64,000 nt of DNA, from the NCBI GenBank assembly GCA_964035545.1, contig OZ037770.1, positions 3,876,662 through 3,940,661 on the forward strand. The letters run 5' to 3'. Both the position numbers and the translations under genes were made by a program. The notes below the pieces were generated by a model. The model did no database searches. It was not told the DNA's origin and worked only from the letters and a program-made list of their open reading frames with translations. This DNA comes from Bugula neritina. Taxonomy: Eukaryota; Animalia; Bryozoa. Shown here one piece after another: positions 1 through 12,815 of the stretch (positions are counted from its first letter, which is position 1; the number at the start of each line of letters is the position of its first letter).

Positions 1-240
<240 letters not shown>

Positions 241-260
241 GAGGGTCATTTTACTTAATT

Positions 261-1755
261 TAGTAGGGGAGGGTGGGGGAATATGAACCAGTGGGTAATA
301 TGGACCACTTCCTGATCGGTCAAAAATGTTTAGTGATTCTAGTTATTTTCTCTATTATGTCATGTAACTTCCTTTTCTAGAGTATCTTATGCTGCTTCTC
401 CATTTGTAGTTCTGTTTCTGCATACAAGGTGAGTAAATTACAATTATATGCAACCAAATGTAAATATCCTGAATCCTAGTTAATCAGAAATATCTTTGAT
501 GTATATCATTTCACCACAGTTTGATATTTTCCACAACAGCAACTCAAAATGTGTGAAAGTAACATGCAAAAGCTTGAGCAGACAACACTTGAGATTTTTG
601 AAAAACTTTAAAATTTCTCCTCTGATAGCTAGAGAGGTAAAATGGACCACTTCAAATGGGGTAATATGGACCAGTGGTCAATATTACTTCAACTCTAAGT
701 ATTCTATCTGACAGGTTTTTATACATTTCTAAGGCATTTAATGTAGAAATCAACATGATTCAAAACATTTGAAAAAAAAATATGTCATTTTGAAACCTGC
801 ATGTATTTATTCTGTTTTGAAGGTTTTAAAACAAAATGCTAAGAAATTATCAACGAAAAAGTAAGAGATCTAAATTTACTGAAATACAGCTTCAGTCAGC
901 TTTAGATGAAATTAAAACAGGACTCAGTCAACGTGAATCTGCTGCCAAAAATGGGATTCCCTGCCCTACACTTCTTGAGTATGCAGCGCAAAGTGGACAG
1001 ATAAGAAAATCAGCACTAGGTCGGAAGGCAGTGTTTATGACAGAAGAGGAATCAAAGCTGGCACAAAATATCATAGACTGTTCTAAAATATTTCATGGGC
1101 TAGGCTTACAAAAAACCAGAGAGCTAACTTATAGTTACGCTATAAATTTACAAAAAGAAACAATCCCTGATTCCTGGCATGCAGAGAAAATGGCAGGCAA
1201 AGATTGGCTGGAAGGCTTTAGAAAGCGTAATGGTGAAATGAGTCTTCAAACCCCAGAAGCGACCAGTGTAGGCAGAGCATCGGCTTTTAACAGAACAACA
1301 GTTTCAGAATTTTTCAATAACTTGGAACATGTCCTTAAGCGCTACAAATTCACTCCTGACAGCATATACAATTTAGATAAAACGCAAATTCAACTGTTCA
1401 CAGCGAACACAAAAGGTTTAAGCCCAAAAAGGCATTAAACAGCTTGGACAAGTGACAAATGCTGACCGTTGAATGACCATAACCATGGTTTCCTGCGTGA
1501 GTGCATCAGGTCAAAGTCTTCCACCCGCATATATTTTCCCTAGAGTAAACTTTAAGGATAACATGATGATTGGAGCTTCAACTGGATCGAAAGGATTTGC
1601 AAACCCTAGTGGTTGGATGAACAATGAGCTGTTCCCTCAAGTATTGAAACATTTTATTAGTCATTTCAGTGGTGAGGCAAAAAAACCTGAAGCTACTGCT
1701 CCTCGACAACCAGCCATGCTTCTTTGGAAACTATAGAGCTAGCAAAAAACAATAA
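261..1755 (+). mobile_element. Decayed pogo/Tigger-like (HTH-psq + CENP-B HTH + DDE_1) DNA transposon, 3' truncated
   Basis: Putative left end TAGTAGGGG with subterminal GGGTAATATGGACCA repeats (~293, ~658). Transposase 836-1736: N-terminal HTH (LSQRESAAKNGIPCPTL), AGKDWLEGFRKRN, PEATSVGRASAFN, IYNLD(K)T, GQSLPPAYIFP, SGWMN. It has a frameshift near 1390 and a stop near 1470, and ends at the AT tract/Penelope. Confidence 0.85.
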
Positions 1756-1806
1756 CATATATGTATATATGTATATGTATACGTATACGCATACGCATAC
1801 GTATAC

Positions 1807-1881
<75 letters not shown>
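1756..1881. repeat. (AT)n microsatellite flanking the Penelope-like insertion
   Basis: Direct reading. Confidence 0.9.
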
Positions 1882-1887
<6 letters not shown>

Positions 1888-1924
1888 AGGAAAAGAGCAA
1901 TTTAATTATATATAGATGTTGTTT

Positions 1925-1975
1925 TATTGTACTACTAATAGTTTCATGCCTCTTCGGCACTCCTCAGGCACAATA
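1925..1975 (-). ncRNA. Minimal type I hammerhead ribozyme (inverted PLE copy)
   Basis: Reverse complement of the motif at 3874-3924. Confidence 0.85.
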
Positions 1976-3873
1976 TTGACGAATTTAAATTTTTACATTA
2001 AGAAAATCAAAATGCTAAACACAAGGTAAAACGTAACGAAGACATAGCAGTGGCTTTATTGTTATATAGGTTTGTAGGTGTAAATTAATATATAAAAGAA
2101 ACCCTAATGCGATGTAAAAACATAATTTATAGCAGATGCATAAAGTTTTTGTTGGGTGACTATTCTCTATAGGTATTTGTATATTATTTACTATAGTGCT
2201 TGAAATATAAAAAGGCTACAGAGTTTCTAGGTTTTGTGGTTGCACAGTAAGAATTTTTTTGAGTGTCGGCAGGTTGATAAGAGTTCATTTCGCTTGTTTA
2301 AATTACACATGTTAGGTTTGTATAAAATAAAGAAACATTCCCATAGGCATAAATTACACCTTTTGGTAGTTGTGTTGTATGGTTTCGCTTTTTTTAATAT
2401 TTTCCAGCTTATGTTGTGCTTAATGTTTTTGTTAGTTAGTTGCCAAATGTGTTTGCTAAGTTCTGTTTGATTTGCTTTCTCCTTGTTTCTAAATGATGAT
2501 CTGTGGTTTGCGTATCTTAGTTTGAACGGTCCTTCACTTAGGCCAATGTATGTTGCAGGCTCATTTTCGGTAGTTTCCACAGTTGCTTGGTATATAACTC
2601 TGCTCTCCTGGCAGTTTCCTTTCAGCGGACAACTTTCTTTTTCTCTACAGTTGCAGTTTTTTCTGGGGGTTTTGTTTTGTTGCTTCTGTTTCTCTAATAG
2701 TCTGTTATTGTGGGCATTTATGGTCTGTTTTATGTTTGGCATGCAGCTGTAGCTAACCTTTATAGTGTTTTTGTTGATTATTTTAAAGAGTGGGTGGTGT
2801 TTTGGAAATTCTTCATTCATGATTTTAAAGAAGATTTTTGCAATTCTTGTGGTTACATGTTGGCCGTATGGTGGATTGTACCAAACAACTTTTCTTTTTC
2901 GGTTTCGAGATTTCTGTTGTGTGTTGTTTGTTTGGGTTCTTGGTAGAAATTGTAGTTGGTGTTTGTAGCCACTTTGGTTTAGGAGGTTTTGGTGGTTGTA
3001 GGTGGATTGTGTGAAAATTTTCTCGTTAGATGATATTGACGACAGTCGTTTATTAACGGACGAAGGTAGGTTGGAGATTATGCTTGCTGGGTGGTTAGAT
3101 TTGTTATGAATATATTTAGTAGAACTGTTTGGCTTAGTGTATGGTGTGTAGGTTTTATTGTCTAGGTTGAGTGTGGTGTCTAAGAAGTTAATATTTTTTT
3201 TATTTGCTTCGATTGTTATTTTTAATCCATTTTCAGAAAATATTTTGCAGATGTCCTTTTTTATGTTCTCTATTTCTCTGGGTGTTTTGTCAGAGACTCC
3301 TAAGCCGTCATCTCTGTACAGGTCAAAGTTTTTGCCATGTTTTAGTGTTATTGAGTTTAAAATGTAAGCAAATCAAACAGAACTTAGCAAACACATTTGG
3401 CAACTAACTAACAAAAACATTAAGAACAACATAAGCTGGAAAATATTAAGAAAAGCGAAACCATACAACACAACTACCAAAAGGTGTAATTTATGCCTAT
3501 GGGAATGTTTCTTTGTTTTATACAAACCTAACATGTGTACTTTAAACAAGCGAAATGAACTCTTATCAACCTGCCGACACTCAAAAAAATTCTTACTGTG
3601 CAACCACAAAACCTAGAAACTCTGTAGCCTTTTTATATTTCAAGTACTATAGTAAATAATATACAAATACCTATAGAGAATAGTCACCCAACAAAAACTT
3701 CATGCATCTGCTATAAATTATGTTTTTACATTACATTATGGTTTTTTTATATACCAGGTATTAATTTACACCTACAAACCTATATAACAATACAGCCACT
3801 GCTATGTCTTTGTTACGTTTTACCTTGTGTTTAGCATTTTGATTTTCTTAATGTAAAAATTTAAATTCGTCAA

Positions 3874-3924
3874 TATTGTGCCTGAGGAGTGCCGAAGAGG
3901 CATGAAACTATTAGTAGTACAATA
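3874..3924 (+). ncRNA. Minimal type I hammerhead ribozyme in PLE pLTR
   Basis: Stem I TATTGTGC/GTACAATA; core CTGAGGA; stem II GTGCC-gaaga-GGCAT; GAAA; short stem III (ACT-att-AGT); GUA cleavage triplet, predicted cut after 3916. Confidence 0.88.
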
Positions 3925-4104
3925 AAACAACATCTATATAATTAAATTGCTCTTTTCCTCAATAATATAATTGCTCATTATTATACACATAATAATTTGA
4001 GCACTTTTTTATCCGCTGTTTTTTAAAAATCTCACGATACAATTATTATAAAAGCTCCTTATATAAGAAAAATAAGTTGAGCACTCTCTCAAACAGCTGA
4101 CAAA

Positions 4105-6227
4105 ATGGAAGCAATCAATTTCGAATACTCAACAAAGAACATCCCTATACCATCAAACGAGGATTACATTAAGAGACTGATAGAAAAAACTCAACTCTTC
4201 TGCCGGCGATTAAGATGGAAAGTGTTTTTCTTCTTAAACCCACAGATAACTAGTGAACAGAAAGAAACATATGGATTTAACTCAACTAAACCAACACCTC
4301 AAATAAAAGAACTTGCTAATTTTGAGAAAAAATTAATCAACCTGATACGCAATGTGAAATTTAAACAGGATACAACTACTTTCCAAAGAAAACTTCGACA
4401 AGACATCAGAAACAAAATTAAAAACTCAACTACTCTTTTAGTACCATCCGATAAAACTAACAACTTCTACAAAATGGATACACACCTGTACAACAAAATG
4501 CTCCAAGACAGCATCACCAAGACGTACAAGAAGGTAAGCAAACACACAATAGACAAAATCAAAACTAAAACAAACCAAATTGTTAACAAACTAGACCTTA
4601 TAGACAGAGTCACTACAACTAGTGAGCAAGAAGCTTTCATCACACTGAAAGATCACAAGGACAATTTTACAAATAAACCAAGTTGCCGCCTCATAAACCC
4701 CTGCAAACCAGAGATAGGAAAGATTAGTAAGAAAATATTAGACCGAACAAATAACAAAATTCTCACAAACACACACCTAAACCAATGGAAAAATACCACT
4801 GATGTAATAAAATGGTTTGATGGAATTAACAACAAACATCTACAGACATTTATTTCATTTGACGTCATAGACTTTTACCCTTCAATTTCAAAAAACCTAC
4901 TTGAAAACGCTCTTACTTTTGCATCGGAATTTGATACAATCAGCGAAGATGAAAGAGAAATAATTATACATGCCAAAAATTCACTACTCTTCAACACTGG
5001 AAAGGCATGGGGAAAACATAACCACAACCTCTTCGACGTTACAATGGGAGGATACGACGGCGCAGAAACATGCGAACTAGTTGGGGCGTACATTTTAAAC
5101 TCAATAACACTAAAACATGGCAAAAACTTCGGCCTGTACAGAGATGACGGCTTAGGAGTCTCTGACAAAACACCCAGAGAAATAGAGAACATAAAAAAGG
5201 ACATCTGCAAAATATTTTCTGAAAATGGATTAAAAATAACAATCGAAGCAAGTAAAAAAATTATTAACTTCTTAGACACCACACTCAACCTAAACAATAA
5301 AACCTACACACCATACACTAAGCCAAACAGTTCTACTAAATATATTCATAACAAATCCAACCACCCAGCAAGCATAATCTCCAACCTACCTTCGTCCGTT
5401 AATAAACGACTGTCGTCAATATCATCTAACGAGAAAATTTTCACACAATCCACCTACAACCACCAAAACCTCCTAAACCAAAGTGGCTACAAACACCAAC
5501 TACAATTCCTACCAAGAACCCAAACAAACAACACACAACAGAAATCTCGAAACCGAAAAAGAAAAGTTGTTTGGTACAATCCACCATACAGCCAACATTT
5601 GACCACAAGAATTGCAAAAATCTTCTTTAAAATCATGAATGAAGAATTTCCAAAACAACACCCGCTCTATAAAATAATCAAAAAAACACTATAAAGGTTA
5701 GCTACAGCTGCATGCCAAACATAAAACAGACCATAAATGCCCACAATAACAGACTATTAGAGAAACAGAAGCAACAAAACAAAACCCCCAGAAAAAACTG
5801 CAACTGTAGAGAAAAAGAAAGTTGTCCGCTGAAAGGAAACTGCCAGGAGAGCAGAGTTATATACCAAGCAACTGTGGAAACTACCGAAAATGAGCCTGCA
5901 ACATACATTGGCCTAAGTGAAGGACCGTTCAAACTAAGATACGCAAACCACAGATCGTCATTTAAAAACAAGGAGAAAGCAAATCAAACAGAACTTAGCA
6001 AACACATTTGGCAACTAACTAACAAAAACATTAAGCACAACATAAGCTGGAAAATATTAAGAAAAGCGAAACCATACAACACAACTACCAAAAGGTGTAA
6101 TTTATGCCTATGGGAATGTTTCTTTATTTTATACAAACCTAACATGTGTACTTTGAACAAGCGAAATGAACTCTTATCAACCTGCCGACACTCAAAAAAA
6201 TTCTTACTGTGCAACCACAAAACCTAG
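4105..6227 (+). pseudogene. PLE reverse transcriptase + GIY-YIG endonuclease ORF with one 1-bp frameshift (~5680)
   Basis: RT motifs KDHK, CRLINP, SFDVIDFYPSI, MGGYDGAE, LYRDDG, FLD. C-terminal CNC..CPLKGNC, VIYQA..TYIG (GIY-YIG), CNLC..CRH. The inverted copy keeps the missing C (AATCAACAAAAAC) and reads through. Confidence 0.9.
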
Positions 6228-6478
6228 AAACTCTGTAGCCTTTTTATATTTCAAGCACTATAGTAAATAATATACAAATACCTATAGAGAATAGTCACCC
6301 AACAAAAACTTCATGCATCTGCTATAAATTATGTTTTTACATTACATTATGGTTTTTTTTATATATTAATTTACACCTACAAACCTATATAACAATACAG
6401 CCACTGCTATGTCTTCGTTACGTTTTACCTTGTGTTTAGCATTTTGATTTTCTTAATGTAAAAATTTAAATTCGTCAA

Positions 6479-6529
6479 TATTGTGCCTGAGGAGTGCCGA
6501 AGAGGCATGAAACTATTAGTAGTACAATA
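6479..6529 (+). ncRNA. Minimal type I hammerhead ribozyme in PLE 3' repeat
   Basis: Identical motif; predicted cut after 6521. Confidence 0.88.
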
Positions 6530-7029
6530 AAACAACATCTATATAATTAAATTGCTCTTTTCCTCAATAATATAATTGCTCATTATTATACACATAATAA
6601 TTTGAGCACTTTTTTATCCGCTGTTTTTTAAAAATCTCACGATACAATTATTGTGTGTGTGTGTGTGTGTGTGCGTGTGCGTGCGCGTGTGTGTGTGTGT
6701 GTGTATATATATATGTATATAAATATATATATCCAGCCGCGAATTCAATGCTCAGTAACTATACTAATAAACTAGAAATGACTGCTTACTATAATCAAAT
6801 TTTTGTAAAATAGGAATATAATATTATAATATATTGGCATACTTTAAAACTATGAGATTTCTATGATATCAAAAACCATTAAATGCATATAACTTTCAAA
6901 AAATTATTTTATTTTTTACATAATATAATGACTTACAATAATCCTACTTTGTATAATACTACTTTGTAAGCATATAAAGTTGTGAAATATTGGTCGTTCC
7001 AAACAACACAAAAGTTGTGAGATACAAAC

Positions 7030-7167
7030 CTCTCAGGCAGAGTAGATAATGTACAGCCCGCCATATTCAACTCTTTAAGTGATGTGAGTGATGACACAAC
7101 TTCTGGTACTGTGTTGAGAGGATTGTGTCCTATGTCTAGTTTCTCTAACTGAGTCAGCTGGCATAGA
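7030..7167 (-). CDS. LRR gene cassette exon 3 (two 23-aa LRRs)
   Basis: ag|..|gt, 138 nt, phase 2/2: LCQLTQLEKLDIGHNPLNTVPEVVSSLTSLKELNMAGCTLSTLPE. Confidence 0.9.
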
Positions 7168-7651
7168 CTATAAACATACAGTGTTTGATATATTCAGTTT
7201 CACTTATATGGAGTGCAATTAATAGAGTTACTATAACTACCACATGATTATGAGGGATAAAAAACTATACTATCAATTTATTCCTTCATAACAGATCTAT
7301 TTAATGTAACACATACTATCATAACTCTTGACTACTAGGTAAAAGTATTACAATTTATTATAATAGTACACAAGTATTTATTTTTAAACTCAGTGAACAC
7401 TAATAAACTAGAAATTACTGCTTTTTATTAACTACATTTTTATAGCACAACAATATATAATGGCATATAACTTTAAAACTGTGTTATTCCCACAATATTA
7501 TAAACCATTGCATATATATGTGTGTGACTTCAAAACATTGCATTTCCTATCTTTCAATTATACAATGGCACACCATAATAACACTTGGTAATCATATAAA
7601 GATGTCAAATATTGAATGTTTAAAACAATACAAAACCTGTGACACACAAAC

Positions 7652-7789
7652 CTCTCAGGTAGAGTAGATAATTTACAGCTCTCCATATTCAACTGTTTAA
7701 GTGATGTGAGTGATGACACAACTTCTGGTACTTTGTAGAGAGGATTCACTCTTATGTCTAGTTTTTCTAACTGATTCAGCTGACACAGA
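7652..7789 (-). CDS. LRR gene cassette exon 2
   Basis: 138 nt, phase 2/2: LCQLNQLEKLDIRVNPLYKVPEVVSSLTSLKQLNMESCKLSTLPE. Confidence 0.9.
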
Positions 7790-8601
7790 CTGTAATGTAA
7801 AGTGTATGATATATATGTAATCTGCATTGTAAGATGATCCGATGTTGACAAGGAACAAGCTAGCAGGTGCTAAGGCTACTGACAAGTGATAGCCAAAGGA
7901 AAGCCAAGACAAAACACTCTGTAGCTGGAGCTTAGCCTGGTAGGTTGATATTACCCGCATTACTATAATATTTTATACTGTATTCACATTTTGTTTTCAA
8001 CCAGGTAAAAATATATACAACTTAACTACCAAGCAACTTATTGCAGCATAGTACATGCAAAGCATAAAAAAAACAGTTCATTATAATAATGTAAAAGTAT
8101 TAAAATATTATACTCAGTGAATGCTAATAAATTAAAAATTATTGCTTACTATTAACTAAATTTTTATAGCGCAAGAATATATAATGGCCTACCTTAAAAT
8201 TATGTTATTTCCACCATATATACAAACCACTACACATATATAAATTCCTTTAAAAACGTACACTTGATGTTGCAGAGCATGAGAAGTTAACAGTTTATTA
8301 TACTAGCATACAAATATTCAATTATTATATATACTCAGTGCATGAATACTTATAAACTATACAACTGCTTACTATTATTTACATTTTTATATCACAAGAT
8401 AATATATAATGGCATACTTTAAAATTTTGTTATTATCACAATATTACAGACCATATTTCATATAGAATTCAAAAAAAATTGCATTTCACATATTTTTCAA
8501 TTATATAACGACATGCCCTAATTATACTTGGTAAGAAACTATTTTAGGGTTTTAAGTATTAAAATATGTTTCAAACAATACAAAACCTGTGACAAACAAA
8601 C

Positions 8602-8739
8602 CTCTCAGGTAGAGTAGATAATTTACAGTCCCTCATGTTCAACTCCTTAAGTGATGTGAGTGATGACACAACTTCTGGTACTATCTTGAGAGGATTCCAG
8701 CCTATGTCTAGTTTCTCTAACTGAGTCAGCTGACACAGA
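8602..8739 (-). CDS. LRR gene cassette exon 1
   Basis: 138 nt, phase 2/2: LCQLTQLEKLDIGWNPLKIVPEVVSSLTSLKELNMRDCKLSTLPE. Confidence 0.9.
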
Positions 8740-9448
8740 CTGTAATATAAAGTGTGTAATATATGTATTCTACTGTATCATATAATGACATATTCTGCAC
8801 TCAGTTATAATGTAAATTATGTAGCAAGCAACTTTGTTGAAACAGGGTACAGCAAAAAAAAAGCTATTATGTCATGCTGTAGGTGTTATGGGTGCCCTGT
8901 GTAGAATTGAGTGATTAGATGTATATGTATAAAGACATCCTGTAAGTTTAACAGATAAGGGCTATTCTACAATGTAATGCTAATATATATAGTATGATTT
9001 AAAATAATAATAGGTTTACTTTGTTATAGCTAATCTGACACAAATTAGCATGTATTTAATATTCCGAAAATCTTTGATTTTCAAGTATATGGCTACATAT
9101 AATATGCTTATATAGATTATGTGTTGCAAATATAAACCTTCTGTATGATCCTACATGTATACATGTACTACAGATAGTACATTGCTTCTGTATTTAACTA
9201 CATAAAACATGTTTTAATTTATGATAGCATGTGTAACACTACAAACAGTTTCCCACTGTCTAATTTCTACAACTCGTTCAGCTGGTAAAGATACAATGTT
9301 ATACATATTACTATAGCTTTATATAGTGCATGATTACATCTTGAGTAAGAATATACTTCAGCATTGACTCAGACACATACATCGTGGGTGATAATTACCA
9401 CAACTAAACTCATTTAACATTTACACAGCTATCATAATAGACACTCAC

Positions 9449-9680
9449 TTGTCTAGACTTGCTCTGTCAGCCAGGTTAGAAACACGTAGACGCAGGGCTT
9501 CACCAGCAATCTCTCCAATGTTGTTGGGAATATTCCCTTTCAGCTTAAGATCTGTGATATGATAACTCCCAATTTCATGTTTCACCTCGGCAGTAGTATA
9601 TGACTTGGTATTAGCAGACTGTACATTTGACCAGTCTACAGGAGGCTGTCCAGAATGTCTGAACCAGATTGTCATATTCT
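9449..9680 (-). CDS. N-terminal coding exon of the LRR gene
   Basis: Acceptor ttacag|, ATG at 9675, donor AA|gtgagt in phase 2, compatible with the LRR exons. Ends in an LRR-cap-like ITDLKLKGNIPNNIG..LRLRV. Confidence 0.7.
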
Positions 9681-10440
9681 CTGTAACATCATACAGTGAC
9701 AGTGTAATTATTACACAGTGCTAGCAGGTGATGTCTGTCATTCTGAAACCTGTCACATATAACTATTATTTGCTGTGTGTCAGACACTATAGCTATATGT
9801 AGACATGTCTGGTTACTTTAGGTTTACGGAAGTAAAATCTGCAAATTTAAAATGATCTTTAATTCCCTGAAAACAACTACTTTGTGTAGAATCTTCGAAA
9901 TTATGCTGCTTCAGTTTCAATAAAGATATTTTTAAATAATGTTAGCATATATTCAACCTTATATAAATGTATTAAATCATTTTAAAATCATATGAATTTA
10001 AAGCAGCCAAAAAACCGCTGAATTATTATTTCATATCCATGCATGCACTAAAAAGTACAAATAGCAATATCAAGTTAAAACTTTCTATATCTGACACTGA
10101 CTACTTCTTACCCTATGAGTCACACAGCCATGAATGCTAAGTATTGTCTAAATACAAATAGTAACAACCAGTAGATAACTTTTGTTGAAAGCAAAAATTG
10201 TAACTTGGCTTTTCATTACAAAGTTATCAACACAACTCACCATCTGTTACTATGGTTACTAAAGATTTTACTGCTGATTTATTTCAATTCTGTAAGTCTA
10301 CAAGTTAGTAGCCCCACTTGTACAACTTAAAATAAAAAGTAATATGATATAAATCATTGCTGACATAAAAATATATACCAATGTACATGCCAATTTCTTT
10401 AAGGAGTAGATGTATAATCAGTCATGATAAATAAACTTAG

Positions 10441-10780
10441 GTAAACTATAGGTATTTAGATATGTAGGTATTTAGATATGTAGGTATTTTCGTATGTATA
10501 TATAGGTATTTAGGTATGCAAGAAGTTAGGTATGTATAGGTATGTAATAAGTTTATAGGTATGTATGTATTTATGTATGAATGTATTTATATATGTATGT
10601 ATTTATGCATGTAGGTGTTTAGGTGTGTAGGTATTTAAGTATGCAGGTATGTGGGTATTTAGGTATGTATGTATTTAGGTATGTAGGTATTTAGGTAAGT
10701 AGGTATGTATGTATGTATTTAGGTATTTAGGTAGGTAAGTATGTAGGTATGTAGGTATGTGGGTAGGTATGTAAGTCTGT
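10441..10780. repeat. Low-complexity (TAGGTATG/TATT) tandem repeat
   Basis: Direct reading. Confidence 0.85.
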
Positions 10781-11154
10781 AAACTCCTACTGACACAGTA
10801 TACAGCTGTCTACTCGGTCACCTGTATTGTAGGAGGGAACTAGGTAACTCATCTGGCTGGACTGTGTGACAGCAGATATGACTTTGAATCAATACTTTGT
10901 ATATCTCTGTCTCACTGCAATATGAATAATTTACAAACTGTACTGAAATCTTAAAATGAGTGTAATAGAGATTCATATAATCTAGTCCTCTATAATTACT
11001 TTATATAATATTATATGCTGAACTAACTTGAAAAAATTTGCAGACTTAAAAAATAGTATATTGGCTGTGATATTATTTGTAGCTGCCATTATTATGCACT
11101 TTAAATAATAAACTATTTAATACTCAACAGTTAGTTATATACCTATTCTAATAA

Positions 11155-11580
11155 CACAGTTAGTTTAAGGTCATTACTTTCTAGGTTCAGGCACTGCTTT
11201 ATGTTGTTTATAAACGGTTTCCAGGGGATAGCTCGAACAGTTTTTGTCTCACATTAACAAATTTTACATGAAAAGATAGCTCTTGCATTCCTCTTTCATA
11301 TACTTTTTTAATTTTTCAATAAAAATTTTCTGAGAAAGTTATTGCATAATAAGTAAAATTTTACACCCTCCACGTTCCACTGCTGTAGCACAGGGGATTC
11401 ATTTTATAAAGTCTAAAAGTTAAACTTGACATTCCTTGATATATTTTCTCTATAATATACTTTCTTTGTTTTTTGAAATTCTGTTTATGCTCTTCACAAT
11501 TTGGTAAAAACATACACCATTTTGCAAGTTTCACTGCAATTTTCTAAATTCTTCATATGGTGGTTCTAGCTACGCTTCTG
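11155..11580 (+). mobile_element. Dispersed repeat, probable terminus of a TTAA-type DNA transposon (Kolobok/Crypton-like)
   Basis: Starts TTAAGGTCATTAC; a clearly homologous inverted copy lies at ~41960-42380. Superfamily is a guess. Confidence 0.55.
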
Positions 11581-12815
11581 TGACTAATTATAACATTCCT
11601 AGTACGTTTGCTGCTCTGCGCGCTATCACAATAACATATAGTACCCTCTCGCACAAATTGGCAATCTATTGGATTTCTGCCAATATAATGTTCCCTGTTT
11701 TACATTAGCACTTAGCTGAATCATCTCACTATGTTACAATCTATTGAAAATGCCTCAGCACAACATAATTCTTTGTTTGTTTGGCAGAGTTAATTTCAGC
11801 TAAATCACTTCACTTTGCAGTCTCGTCAGTAAAGGTCTGTCTATAGTGCAGCAGGTGTACTTTCAGTTTCTCTAATTCACATATGATTATTTTAAGTACA
11901 TTGTATTCTATGAGATCAATTTAAGGTTTAGCCCAGTGTTCAGTATCTAATTATTATGCATGTATGTTGTCTTACTGTTGAACAAAAGTTAAAAAAACTT
12001 TACAATTAAAGCCATATTTATTATACATGCGTAGGATTTGCATAAGTTGACAAAAAAATTGCAACTAACTAGGGTTGAACCATGACCAACCAATTCCTCG
12101 CCGCGCAAATGGGTTATAATTATTAGGCTGTCAATTCATGTTGATTAGCAGTGAACTGTTGCAATAGCCTCGGGTTACTAGCAAAGCTAATGGTTTTGAA
12201 CAAATAACCCAAAAGTTTAAAAATAAGTAGCTTGCGTATTGCTAGCTACAAAAACAGGTCTGAAATAGACTGGTAAAGCGAGCTCTTATTATAGAATTTG
12301 CAGATGTGTTCTAAAATAAAACTTAAAGGATTGCTCTATCTTGTCTAATAAATGGCCATTTAGGTCAAACACATATAATATTGTGTTTTTCTAAGCATGC
12401 ATTGACAAAAAGCATTTGACCAAAGGTAGAAAAGTTAGTTGAAGTTGAGGGTGTAGATTGGTAACAGCCAAAACGCCGATTTTGAAATGAGCTGGGAAAT
12501 GTGACGTAACAGCGCCAGCATTCCTGCTGGTCACGTGACTATACAAATGAATAACTATAGAAATATGACTGTGAGATGTGATCTTTCAGCTCGTAATTTG
12601 TATATTTATAGAAGTGCAAATGTGAATTATCTCAATCTAGAGTTTTTTGACATTTTAAATAACATGTATGTGATACCATTAGGCCATATTTTGCTTGTAA
12701 ACATTAGAAAAAAGCATTGCAAAAACATGCATTCTTTAGGATGAATGCCTGCGATCGATCTAAACTAGGTCAGATTGTGCAATATTACGGGCACACCAAA
12801 TCTGACCTATATAGC

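Larger units (their letters stand above)
1881..6652 (+). mobile_element. Penelope-like retroelement (Naiad-type), with inverted 3' segment and pseudo-LTR
   Basis: Layout: inverted 3' portion 1881-3366 (minus), direct partial 3' copy/pLTR 3367-~4048, full ORF, then 3' repeat ending at 6652. Both outer ends abut simple repeats. Confidence 0.92.

Noticed and set aside
4105-6227. Selenocysteine-encoding Naiad or programmed frameshift
   Set aside because: No in-frame TGA; the break is a 1-bp loss absent from the inverted copy.
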